Of a stretch of DNA of 64,000 nt, positions 42,400-51,933 are shown in pieces (the stretch's first letter is position 1; the number at the start of each line of letters is the position of its first letter). The DNA lies in the NCBI GenBank assembly GCA_045531335.1, contig JAZSDU010000034.1:20314-84313 (forward strand). Reading direction: 5' to 3'. Below the pieces are notes generated by a model. The model did not search any database and was not told where the DNA came from. It saw only the letters and a list, made by a program, of their open reading frames with translations. This stretch comes from Clostridia bacterium. Its GTDB lineage: Bacteria; Bacillota; Clostridia; TANB77; CAG-508. The position numbers and the translations under genes were made by a program.

Positions 42400-42432
42400 T
42401 TGTAGGGGCGAGGTTCCACCCTCGCCCGTTAA
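42400..42432. repeat. REP single unit (GTAGGGGCGAGGttccaccCTCGCCCGTTAAT), with a degenerate partial copy at 42361-42395
   Basis: Identical core to 40118 and 48289. Confidence 0.7.
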
Positions 42433-42507
42433 TAAAAAATTAATAATGAAGAATACAAAACGCTTTGCGTTTTGATGGGGGCAAAAATCTATTAATGGAG
42501 GATATTT

Positions 42508-43374
42508 ATGAAAGATATTGAGTATTGGATTTGGCTCTCAAGGATAGAAGGATTAAATCCTAAGTTTTTAAATGATTTATTAGAAAAATATAATAATCCT
42601 AAAAAAATATGGGATAAAACAAAAGAAGAATTAATAGAAGACGGAATAAAAGAAAAATATGCGTGTGAGATAACAAGTAATAGATATAGAGAAAAAATAG
42701 ATAAATATCTAAAATATATGAATGAAAATAATATAGAAATAATTACTATAAATGATAAACAATATCCAGACAAGTTAAAGGCTATTTATGATCCACCCAT
42801 TGTGCTATATGTAAAAGGGAATAAAAACATATTAAATGATAGATCTATTGCAATAATAGGTTGTAGAATGTGCACAAAATATGGAGAGAATACATCAAAA
42901 AAAATAGCATATAACTTGTCTATAAATAATATTAATATAATAAGTGGACTTGCAAAAGGGATTGATTCATTTGCTCACAAGGGAAGCTTAGCTGCACAAG
43001 GTAAAACAATAGCAGTTGTTGGATGTGGTTTGGATAGAGTGTATCCTAAAGAAAATAAAGAATTATTTGATGAGATTATAAAAAGGGGAGGAGCAATTAT
43101 ATCAGAATATGTAATTGGGACAAAACCTATTGCAAAAAATTTCCCCAAAAGAAATAGAATAATAAGTGGATTATCAGATGCAGTAATTGTAGTAGAAGCA
43201 AGGGAAAAAAGTGGAACATTAATAACTGTAGATTTTGCATTAGAACAGGGAAAGGATATTTATGCAATTCCTGGAAATGTTGATAATCCAAACAGCTACG
43301 GAACAAACGATTTAATAAAACAAGGAGCTAAAATTGTAACTAAACTACAAGACATTTTAGAAGATTTACAATAA
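42508..43374 (+). CDS. dprA: DNA processing protein DprA (Smf)
   Basis: Rossmann-like DprA core (IAIIGCRMCTKYG...NRIISGLSDAVIVVEAREKSGTLITVDFALEQGKDIYAIPG). Confidence 0.85.
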   Translation: MKDIEYWIWLSRIEGLNPKFLNDLLEKYNNPKKIWDKTKEELIEDGIKEKYACEITSNRYREKIDKYLKYMNENNIEIITINDKQYPDKLKAIYDPPIVLYVKGNKNILNDRSIAIIGCRMCTKYGENTSKKIAYNLSINNINIISGLAKGIDSFAHKGSLAAQGKTIAVVGCGLDRVYPKENKELFDEIIKRGGAIISEYVIGTKPIAKNFPKRNRIISGLSDAVIVVEAREKSGTLITVDFALEQGKDIYAIPGNVDNPNSYGTNDLIKQGAKIVTKLQDILEDLQ

Positions 43375-43435
43375 ATATTTGAAATTTAAAGCTATATATA
43401 ATATAATAATATATATTTAATTAGGAGGTCATAAA

Positions 43436-46138
43436 ATGGCTAATAAAAAGAAAAACAATAAAGGAATGGATGAAACAAAGAGATATAAAATAAAAAACAA
43501 AAAAGTCACTAAAAAATCTGGCAAGAAAAAAATGGATCCTAAAAAGAAAAAGACTATATTAATAAGTATATTGTTAGTAGCTTTAATTGCATTAGGAATA
43601 CTATTTGGAATAATTTATGGAATAATAAGAGAAGCTAAGCTAGATGCATCATCTTTTGTATTAAAATACGAAAATTCTGTAATGCTAGATAAAGATGGCA
43701 ATGTAATAGCAGAACTTAGTGGTGATGAAAATAGAAAGTTTGTAAAAATATCTGAAATGTCTGGATATTTGCCAGCTGCATTTGTTTCAATAGAAGATGA
43801 AAGATTCTATGACCATATGGGTGTAGATGTAAAAAGAACTATAGGTGCAACTGCAAAATATGCATTAAGTAAAATAGGAATAGGTTCATCTAGTTATGGA
43901 GGAAGTACTATAACTCAACAAGTTGTTAAAAACATAACAGAGGAAAAAGATAGAACCTGGCAAAGAAAAGTAAAAGAAATTGCAAGAGCATATTACATAG
44001 AAGAAGAATTATCAAAAGACCAAATACTAGAATTATATTTAAATTTAATATATATGGGAGGAAATACAAATATATATGGTGTTGAAGTAGCAGCTAATTA
44101 TTATTTCTCTAAAAGTGCAAAAGATTTAGATTTAGCTGAATCTGCATTTTTAGCAGGTATAAACCATACTCCAAACAGTTATGACCCATTTACAGAGGAT
44201 AGTAGTGCTACTCTAGAAAGAATAAAGACAAGAACAAAAACAGTTTTAGATAAAATGAAAGAATTAGGTAAAGTTTCTGAAGAAGAGTATCAAACAGCAA
44301 TCACAAAAGTAGATACAGGTCTTCCTTTTGAAAAAGGAAAAGTTATTGAGATGGGATATTCTTATCATACTGAAGCAGCTATAATGCAAATAGTAAATCA
44401 ACTTATGGAAGAAAAAGATTTAACATATGATGCTGCATATCTATATCTATGTAGTGGAGGATTTACAATATACACAACACAAGATACTGATATACAAAAA
44501 GCTATAAATGAAGAAGCTTTAAAAGAAAAATATTTAGATAAATCAAAGAAAAATCCAGGTAAAACAGCACAGGCAGGAATGGTATTATTAGACCATAAAA
44601 CAGGATATGTTTTAGGTGTAATGGGAGGACTTGGAGAGAAAACTACTACACTTGGATTTAACAGAGGTACAAGTCAAGTTAAACAAACAGGTTCATCTAT
44701 GAAACCTTTAGCAGTTGTTGCACCAGGAATAGATAAAGGTATAATTACAGCAGCAACTGTATATGATGATGTTCCATATTTAGGAAAGAAAAATTACAAC
44801 TATTTTAAAGGCCTTCTTACAATAAGACATGCAATAGAAAGTTCACAAAATATTCCTATGGTAAAAGGAATTCAAGCAATTGGAACTGAAAAAGCATTAG
44901 AATTTGTTAAAACTTTAGGATTTGATCACTTAGATGATGAATATGATAATAGTATAAACTTATCATTAGGAGGATTAAGAAATGGTGCTACTCCTCTAGA
45001 AATGGCAGCAGCTTATGGTGCTATTGCGAATGATGGAGTATATATAGAACCAACATTCTATACAAAGGTAGTAGATGGTGATGGGAACATAGTTTTAGAG
45101 CCAACACAAGAGACTAGAACAGTAATGTCTAAAGCAGCAGCATATGTAGTAAAAGAAATCCTTACACAACCAGTAAAATCAGGAACATCAACAGCATGTT
45201 ATATACCTGGAATGAGCACTGCAGGTAAAACAGGTACAACAAATGATGATTTTGATAGATGGTTCTGTGGATTTACACCATACTATACAGCAGCAACATG
45301 GTATGGATATGATGATAATGAAACAGTATCTGGATGGAGCTTAAGTCCAGCTGGTCAAATTTGGACCAGTGTAATGAGATCAGCACATCAAGGATTGGAA
45401 AAAAAGACTTTTGCGCAAAGTAGACCGGATGGGGTTGTTACTGCGAAGGTATGTAGAGATTCAGGACTAATTCCTAATGAAAACTGCGAAAAAGATCCGA
45501 GAGGAGACAGAACATATACAGAGTATTTTGTAAAAGGTACTGTACCAACAAAAAAATGTGAATGTCATGTAAAAGTAGAAATATGTAAAGAGACAAACTT
45601 ACTTGCTAATGAATTTTGTAAAGATAAAGAAGAAAAAGTGTTTATAACAAGACCAAATAGTGAAACTGAAACATCATGGAAGAGTGCAAAAGACGCAGAA
45701 TATATGCTTACAATAAAAGATAGTTGTACTAAACATACTGAACAACCTGATACTGAAAAACCTGTAATAAAATTAAATGGAAGTAGTAGTATAACAATAA
45801 AAGTAAATGAAAACTTTACAGATCCAGGTGCAACAGCAACAGATAATAAAGATGGAGATTTAAGTAGCAAAATTGTAACAACAGGAACTGTTGATACATC
45901 AAAAGCTGGAACATATAAAATAACATATACAGTTGAGGATGCAGCAAAAAATAAAGCAACTGTTACAAGAACAGTTGTAGTAAAAGCAGATACAGTTACT
46001 CCACAAGAGCCAGAAGAGCCACAAGAACCAGAATTACCAGACGATAATCAAAATAATCAAGACGGCGGTGCTGGAAACGGTAATGACAATACTACTCAAG
46101 ACAATACAGTAACAACAATAAACACTAGTGAGATTTAA
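43436..46138 (+). CDS. Class A penicillin-binding protein (PBP1A: glycosyltransferase + transpeptidase) with a C-terminal Ig-like domain and a Pro/Glu-rich tail
   Basis: GT51 motifs (EDERFYDH, GSTITQQ) and transpeptidase motifs (SSMKP, SQN, KTGT). C-terminal DUF5011-like domain. Confidence 0.9.
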   Translation: MANKKKNNKGMDETKRYKIKNKKVTKKSGKKKMDPKKKKTILISILLVALIALGILFGIIYGIIREAKLDASSFVLKYENSVMLDKDGNVIAELSGDENRKFVKISEMSGYLPAAFVSIEDERFYDHMGVDVKRTIGATAKYALSKIGIGSSSYGGSTITQQVVKNITEEKDRTWQRKVKEIARAYYIEEELSKDQILELYLNLIYMGGNTNIYGVEVAANYYFSKSAKDLDLAESAFLAGINHTPNSYDPFTEDSSATLERIKTRTKTVLDKMKELGKVSEEEYQTAITKVDTGLPFEKGKVIEMGYSYHTEAAIMQIVNQLMEEKDLTYDAAYLYLCSGGFTIYTTQDTDIQKAINEEALKEKYLDKSKKNPGKTAQAGMVLLDHKTGYVLGVMGGLGEKTTTLGFNRGTSQVKQTGSSMKPLAVVAPGIDKGIITAATVYDDVPYLGKKNYNYFKGLLTIRHAIESSQNIPMVKGIQAIGTEKALEFVKTLGFDHLDDEYDNSINLSLGGLRNGATPLEMAAAYGAIANDGVYIEPTFYTKVVDGDGNIVLEPTQETRTVMSKAAAYVVKEILTQPVKSGTSTACYIPGMSTAGKTGTTNDDFDRWFCGFTPYYTAATWYGYDDNETVSGWSLSPAGQIWTSVMRSAHQGLEKKTFAQSRPDGVVTAKVCRDSGLIPNENCEKDPRGDRTYTEYFVKGTVPTKKCECHVKVEICKETNLLANEFCKDKEEKVFITRPNSETETSWKSAKDAEYMLTIKDSCTKHTEQPDTEKPVIKLNGSSSITIKVNENFTDPGATATDNKDGDLSSKIVTTGTVDTSKAGTYKITYTVEDAAKNKATVTRTVVVKADTVTPQEPEEPQEPELPDDNQNNQDGGAGNGNDNTTQDNTVTTINTSEI

Positions 46139-46165
46139 TAAAATACTAGAAAAGGGAGGCATAAA

Positions 46166-47554
46166 TTGAATATATTTTTCTATAACACATTAACTAAATC
46201 AAAAGAAGAATTTAAACCATTAGAAGGAAACGAAGTAAGAATATATACATGTGGTCCTACAGTATATAAAGACGCAACAATTGGAAATATGAAATCATTT
46301 ATATTTATGGATACTTTAAGAAGAGTTTTAAAATATAATGGTTACACATTAAAACATGCAATGAATATAACAGATGTAGGACATTTAGTATCAGATGGAG
46401 ATGATGGGGAAGACAAAATGGTGAAAGCAGCAAAAGAAGAAAAGAAGACTCCATTAGAAATTGCTGCATATTATACAGAAAAATTCTTAAGTGATTTTGA
46501 TAGATTAAATATAGATAGACCAGAAATAATATGCAAAGCAACTGACCATATAAAAGAAATGGAAGAATTTGTTCAAAAGCTATTAGATAATGGATATGCA
46601 TATGAAACATCTACTGCAATATATTTTGATGTATCAAAATTAGATGCATATGGAATTCTTTCAGGTATAGATTTAAGAAATCAAAAAGCCGGTGCAAGAG
46701 TAGAAATAGATGAAGAAAAAAGAAATCCATATGACTTTGCATTATGGATAAAAGCACCTGAAAATCATATAATGAAATGGGAAAGCCCATGGGGATTATG
46801 CTATCCAGGGTGGCATATAGAATGCTCTACAATGAGCAACAAATACTTAGGTGAAGAATTTGATATACATACAGGAGGAATAGATTTAGTTCCAACACAC
46901 CATGAAAATGAAATAGCACAAAGTAAAGGATGTACAGGTAAAGTCCCTGCAAAATTCTGGATGCATTGTGAGTTCTTACTTATAAATGGTGGAAAAATGT
47001 CAAAGAGTTTAGGAAATGCATATTTAGTTCAAGACATTGTTGACAAAGGATATGAAGCTTTAGCTTATAAAATGATGTGTTTTACATCACATTATAGAAA
47101 CAAACTAAACTTTACTTGGGAAGCTTTGGAAAGTAGTCAAAATGCACTAAATAGATTAAGAGAAGGCTACAAAAAACATAATGAAGGAAATGCAGAAGTA
47201 GAAGATAGTACAATAGCAGAATATAAAACAAAATTCCAAGAGGCGATTAATGATGATTTAAATATGCCTGTTGCGATGAGTGTAATTTGGGATATAGTAA
47301 AAAATCCAAACAAATCAAAGCAATTAGCAAATCTTTTATTAGAATTTGATAAAGTTTTAGGAGTAGATATTCAAAAAGAAGCAGAAGAAAAAATTCTAGA
47401 AATACCAGAAGAAATAAAAGAATTAATAGAAAAAAGAAAACAAGCAAGAGCTAACAAAGACTGGGCATTATCAGACAAAATAAGAGATGAATTAAAAGAA
47501 AAGGGATATATGGTAAAGGATACAAAAGAAGGCATGACAGTAGAAAAATTGTAG
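46166..47554 (+). CDS. cysS: Cysteine--tRNA ligase
   Basis: HIGH-like motif (TCGPTVYKDATIGN), KMSKS and the zinc ligands. 462 aa. Confidence 0.95.
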   Translation: MNIFFYNTLTKSKEEFKPLEGNEVRIYTCGPTVYKDATIGNMKSFIFMDTLRRVLKYNGYTLKHAMNITDVGHLVSDGDDGEDKMVKAAKEEKKTPLEIAAYYTEKFLSDFDRLNIDRPEIICKATDHIKEMEEFVQKLLDNGYAYETSTAIYFDVSKLDAYGILSGIDLRNQKAGARVEIDEEKRNPYDFALWIKAPENHIMKWESPWGLCYPGWHIECSTMSNKYLGEEFDIHTGGIDLVPTHHENEIAQSKGCTGKVPAKFWMHCEFLLINGGKMSKSLGNAYLVQDIVDKGYEALAYKMMCFTSHYRNKLNFTWEALESSQNALNRLREGYKKHNEGNAEVEDSTIAEYKTKFQEAINDDLNMPVAMSVIWDIVKNPNKSKQLANLLLEFDKVLGVDIQKEAEEKILEIPEEIKELIEKRKQARANKDWALSDKIRDELKEKGYMVKDTKEGMTVEKL

Positions 47555-47555
47555 A

Positions 47556-47622
47556 GAACGATTCTAGGGACTGTCCCTCTTTTGTACAATAAGGACAAAA
47601 GGGGACTGTCCTGAATCGTAGG
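47556..47622. terminator. Compound hairpin structure (CGATTC-tAGGGACTGTCCCTc...GGGGACTGTCC-GAATCG)
   Basis: GGGACTGTCCC palindromes nested in an outer CGATTC/GAATCG stem, downstream of cysS. Confidence 0.5.
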
Positions 47623-47642
47623 ATTAAACATATTGCAAACGT

Positions 47643-47720
47643 TGTAGGGGCGGGTCTTGTGCCCGCCCAACAAATTATATAATTATTTTATAGGGCAGGC
47701 ACAAGACCTGCCCCTACAGA
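47643..47720. repeat. REP doublet (GTAGGGGCGGGtcttgtgCCCGCCC ... GGGCAGGcacaagaCCTGCCCCTAC)
   Basis: Shared lead ATTGCAAACGTTGTAGGGG with the copy at 38112. Confidence 0.8.
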
Positions 47721-47762
47721 ACAAATTAACAATATAAATAACAATTTATCGGAGGAAATAAA

Positions 47763-48246
47763 ATGTCAAAACGAGAAAATTACATTAACTGGGACGAATA
47801 CTTCATGGGCATAGCATTACTTTCAGCACAAAGAAGCAAAGATCCTAATTCACAAGTAGGAGCATGTATAGTAAGCCAGGACAACAAAATATTATCAATA
47901 GGATATAATGGATTTCCTGTACGGATGTTCAGATGATGACATATCATGGGAAAGAGAAGGCGATTTTATAGATACTAAATATCCATATGTATGCCATGCA
48001 GAATTGAATTCAATTTTAAATTATACAGGAGCATCACTTAGAGGTAGTAAAATATATGTAGCATTATTCCCATGTAATGAATGTGCAAAAGCAATAATTC
48101 AATCAGGAATAAAAGAAGTAATATATTTAAGCGATAAATATAAAGATACAGACAGTGTAAAAGTATCTAAAAAAATGTTTGACATGAGCGGAGTAAAATA
48201 TACACAGTATGAATCAAGAGGATTAAAATTAGAATTAGATTTATAA
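47763..48246 (+). CDS. comEB: dCMP deaminase (ComEB). The frame is broken at the in-frame CGG at 47922-47924 and continues in the +1 frame.
   Basis: ...IGYNGFPV | GCSDDDISW... and the zinc motifs HAELN / PCNECAK are contiguous if C47922 is skipped (GTA CGG A -> GTA GGA). Confidence 0.85.
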
Positions 48247-48288
48247 TCAAAAGCAGGATTTCATTTTTAGAAATCCTGCTTTTTTATA

Positions 48289-48366
48289 TGTAGGGGCGAG
48301 GTTCCATCCTCGCCCGTATTTGTACATATAATATTTTGTGGGTCGGGGTGAAACCCGACCCCTACA
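48289..48366. repeat. REP doublet, with an additional single unit at 48469-48503 (GTAGGGGCGGACgaccctGTCCGCCCGAAAA)
   Basis: GTAGGGGCGAGGttccatcCTCGCCCG ... GGGTCGGGgtgaaaCCCGACCCCTAC. Confidence 0.8.
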
Positions 48367-48514
48367 AAAAAATACATACATGCCATTTTTTAGTATATAT
48401 CTATTGTAAAAACGGACAAACTAGTATAAAATATGTAAAGGTGTATAGCATACGCCCGAAAACAGAAATTGTAGGGGCGGACGACCCTGTCCGCCCGAAA
48501 ATAGGAGATAAATT

Positions 48515-49573
48515 ATGATTTTAGTAAACAAAGAAAATATAGAAAAATACAATGAATTCTTAGCAAAACATGATAGATGTAATTTTCAACAATCAGTAGA
48601 ATGGGGAAAGGTAAAAGAAGCTTGGACAAATGAAATTGTTTTAGCAGAAGACAAAGATGGAAATATAATAGGTTCAATAAGTGTATTAATTAGAAAAATA
48701 CCTATTTTTGGGAATATGATGTACGTATCAAGAGGGCCAATTTGTGACATACATGATAAGAAAGTACTTGCTGACTTAACTAATTCACTTAAAGAACTTG
48801 CAAAAAAATATAAAGCATTTATTTTAAAAATGGAGCCAGATGTAAAAAGCGATGATAAAGAGTTTAGAGAAATAGTAAAAGAATTAGGATATAAAATAAA
48901 AGACGATGCTAAAAACTTTAGTGAAGCAATACAACCAAGATATGTATTTAGATTAGATTTAAAAGGAAAAACAGAAGATGAAGTATTTAAAGCATTTCAT
49001 CAAAAAACTAGATACAATGTAAGATTAGCTACTAAAAAAGGTGTGGTTATAAAAGAAGGAACAAGAGAAGATTTAAAAGACTTTCATGAAATAATGAAAA
49101 TAACAGGTAAAAGAGATGACTTTATAATAAGACCATTATCATATTTTGAAAAAATGTATGATGAATTAGGTGAGCATGTACATTTACTTATGGCATATTA
49201 TGAAGACAAACCAATTAGTGGTATATTTAACATAGATTATGGCAATAAAGTTTGGTACTTGTACGGTGCAAGTAGTAATGAACATAGAAATTTAATGCCA
49301 AATTATTTATTACAATGGGAAGGTATAAAATATGCAATAGCTAATGATAAAGACATGTATGATTTTAGAGGAGTGGTAGGAGTAGTTGATGAATCACATC
49401 CTCAATATGGATTATATAGATTTAAAAAAGGATTTGATGCAGAATTTACTGAATTTATTGGAGAAGTATATTTAAACTTTAAACCAGTAGTATATAAAGC
49501 ATATAAAATATCAGAGAAATTATTTAAAAAAGCAAGAGGACTAGTAAGAAAACTAAAAGGAGAAGTAAAATAA
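48515..49573 (+). CDS. FemAB-family peptidoglycan interpeptide aminoacyltransferase (FemX/MurM-like)
   Basis: 352 aa with FemAB (PF02388)-like architecture and a conserved YLLQWEGIKYA region. Confidence 0.75.
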   Translation: MILVNKENIEKYNEFLAKHDRCNFQQSVEWGKVKEAWTNEIVLAEDKDGNIIGSISVLIRKIPIFGNMMYVSRGPICDIHDKKVLADLTNSLKELAKKYKAFILKMEPDVKSDDKEFREIVKELGYKIKDDAKNFSEAIQPRYVFRLDLKGKTEDEVFKAFHQKTRYNVRLATKKGVVIKEGTREDLKDFHEIMKITGKRDDFIIRPLSYFEKMYDELGEHVHLLMAYYEDKPISGIFNIDYGNKVWYLYGASSNEHRNLMPNYLLQWEGIKYAIANDKDMYDFRGVVGVVDESHPQYGLYRFKKGFDAEFTEFIGEVYLNFKPVVYKAYKISEKLFKKARGLVRKLKGEVK

Positions 49574-50696
49574 ATGAAATCATTAGTTATTAATAAGGAT
49601 GATTTAAGGCATAATATTAAAGTGATAAAAGATTTAGCAAAACTTGATATTCCAGATGATAATGGCAATAAATATAAATTGATTGCTGTTGTAAAAGGTA
49701 ATGGTTATGGATTAGGATTAATAGAATATTCTAAATTCTTAATTGACAATGGAATAGAAACTTTAGCAGTAGCAACTACTGAAGAAGCTATTGCTCTTAG
49801 AAAAGCTGGAATTAATGAAGATATATTAATGATGTCTTCAACTAGCATAAAAGAAGAATTAGAAACTTTAATAGAAAATAATATTATAATAACTATTGGC
49901 TCTAGGGATGCAAGTAAACAAGTATTAGAAATTTCAAAAAATCCAAATAAAAAAATAAGAGCACATATTAAAATAGATACAGGATTTGGAAGATATGGAT
50001 TTTTATATAGTGATATAAAGGTAATAATAGAATCAATAAAGAGTCTTTCACAAATATCAATAGAAGGAATATATTCACATTTTTCCTGTGCATACTATAA
50101 AAATGATAAATGGACAATTGAGCAGTTTAATAGATTTTTAAGTGTAGTTGAAGCGTTAAAATTAAATGATATAGAAATTAAAACTTTTCATATTTGTAAT
50201 TCACCTGCATTTTTAAACTATTCTGAAATGCATTTAAATGGTGGAAGAATAGGATCAGCTTTTTTAGGTAGAGTAGCAGCACAAAATAATGTAGGTCTAA
50301 AAAAGATAGGACAATTAAAAACAAACATAACAGAAATAAAAACAGTTCCAAAAGGGTATAATATTGGATATTTGAACAGTTATAAGACTAAAAAAGAAAC
50401 TAAGATAGCAATTGTTCAAGTTCGGTTATATGGATGGATATAATATAACAATGAATACAGATATGTTTAGATTTGTAGATAAATTAAGAGGATTATCTCA
50501 TAGTATGAAAAGCTTTTTAAGAAAGACTAATTTAAAAGTTACTATAAATGATAAAAAATATAACATAATTGGTAAAGTGGGAATGTATCATTTAGCAATA
50601 GATATAACAGAATCTAATGTAAAAGTAAATGATTTTGTTTATTTAGACGTAAATCCTTTACATGTAGATGGCAAAATTAGAAGGGAGTATGTATAA
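49574..50696 (+). CDS. alr: Alanine racemase. The frame is broken at the in-frame CGG at 50423-50425 and continues in the +1 frame.
   Basis: PLP-Lys motif [11 protein letters not shown]. ...IAIVQV | [11 protein letters not shown]... (the racemase 'PIGYADGY' motif) is contiguous if C50423 is skipped (GTT CGG T -> GTT GGT). Confidence 0.8.
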
Positions 50697-51685
50697 TGGA
50701 AACAAAAAAAATACCATTCTTTGTTAGATTAAAAAAAGCAATATTCAATTTTGATGAATATAAAATCTTTTCAGAAGAAAAACTTTCAAAACCAATAAAA
50801 TATCTATTAAAACTAGTTTTAATATTTACAATAGTAATAGCAGCTTCATTAACATGGAAAATTGTAGATGAAATGAATAAAGCAATAGTAGATTTTAGAA
50901 ATGAAAGCCCTGAATTTAGTTTTCAAGATAATACTTTAGTTATACAAGGAGAAACCAAAAGAATAGTAAAAGGTGATGAAAGCGGATATTTTGGATTTAT
51001 TGTAGATAGTGAAACTGATAATTTAAAAGATGTTGAGGAAACAAATAATTATCAAAGAGTTGTTAGTATTTTAAAAGATAAAATAGTAATAAAAGATGCA
51101 GAAGGTATAGAGAGCAGTATAACATATGAGCAACTAAGTAAAACATATGATTTAACTAATATTAACAAAGCAAGTATTTTATTGTTATTATCAGGAAATG
51201 ATATGGTAAAAATATATGCGATTTTTGCAGTTACAGCATTTATTTACTTATATATCATATATCTAATTCAATTCTTATTAGACATATTGTTATTATCTGT
51301 TGTAGGATATTTGTTAAGTAAGATAATTGGAATAAAATTTGAATATAAATCAATTTTCAATATGAGCGCATATGCATTAACACTTCCAATTATATTATAT
51401 ATTATATATATGGTAGTAAACTTATTTACAGGATTTACAATAAAATATTTTGAAATAGCATATAATGCGATTGCATATATCTATATTATTACAGCAATGC
51501 TAATGATTAAATCAGATTTAATTAAACAACAAATAGAAGTTGGAAAAATAATAGCAGAACAAAAAAAGATAAGAGAAGAAAATAAAGAAAAAGAAGATAA
51601 AAAGCCTAAAGAAGACAAAAAAGAAAAAAAGGAAAAGAAAGAGAACAACAAAGAAGAAGGAACACCAGAAGGAAACCAGGCATAA
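50696..51685 (+). CDS. DUF1189-like membrane protein with a Lys/Glu-rich tail
   Basis: 329 aa, several TM helices. Start overlaps the alr stop. Confidence 0.55.
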   Translation: METKKIPFFVRLKKAIFNFDEYKIFSEEKLSKPIKYLLKLVLIFTIVIAASLTWKIVDEMNKAIVDFRNESPEFSFQDNTLVIQGETKRIVKGDESGYFGFIVDSETDNLKDVEETNNYQRVVSILKDKIVIKDAEGIESSITYEQLSKTYDLTNINKASILLLLSGNDMVKIYAIFAVTAFIYLYIIYLIQFLLDILLLSVVGYLLSKIIGIKFEYKSIFNMSAYALTLPIILYIIYMVVNLFTGFTIKYFEIAYNAIAYIYIITAMLMIKSDLIKQQIEVGKIIAEQKKIREENKEKEDKKPKEDKKEKKEKKENNKEEGTPEGNQA

Positions 51686-51687
51686 CC

Positions 51688-51772
51688 CTGTAGGGGTCGC
51701 ACAGCCAAAGGCATACAGCTCCTGTAAGGAGCAAAGCTCCAACAGGGCTAGCATCTAGGGCGACCCGCAACA
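51688..51772. repeat. REP unit with a 57-nt insertion in its loop (GTAGGGGTCGC...[AGCTCCtgtaaGGAGC inner hairpin]...GGCGACCCGCAA)
   Basis: The outer arms match the 2434 copy, with an expanded loop. Confidence 0.6.
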
Positions 51773-51802
51773 GAATAAACGACACAAAAATAATTGCAAA
51801 TT

Positions 51803-51852
51803 GTAGGGGCGTTGTCGGTTAGGAATACCGCTTGGAATACCGAACTGCGCCC
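51803..51852. repeat. REP unit with a 37-nt loop (GTAGGGGCG...GGAATACCG x2...CGCCC)
   Basis: Same GTAGGGGCG lead, with an internal direct repeat. Confidence 0.55.
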
Positions 51853-51885
51853 ATGATAAAATAATCACAAAATTAATTTAAAATT

Positions 51886-51916
51886 GTAGGGGCGGGCCCT
51901 GTGTCCGCCCGAAAAC
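51886..51916. repeat. REP single unit (GTAGGGGCGGGccctgtgtCCGCCCGAAAAC) overlapping the ORF-track GTG 'start' of ftsH
   Basis: The same unit type occurs at 48469. Confidence 0.7.
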
Positions 51917-51933
51917 CCATAAAGGAGAAAAAC

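Noticed and set aside
51901-51933. GTG start for ftsH at 51901 from the ORF track
   Set aside because: The GTG lies inside a REP unit. A canonical ATG with RBS AAAGGAGAAA follows at 51934, and the FtsH N-terminus (MKDKQKNK ... TM) begins there.
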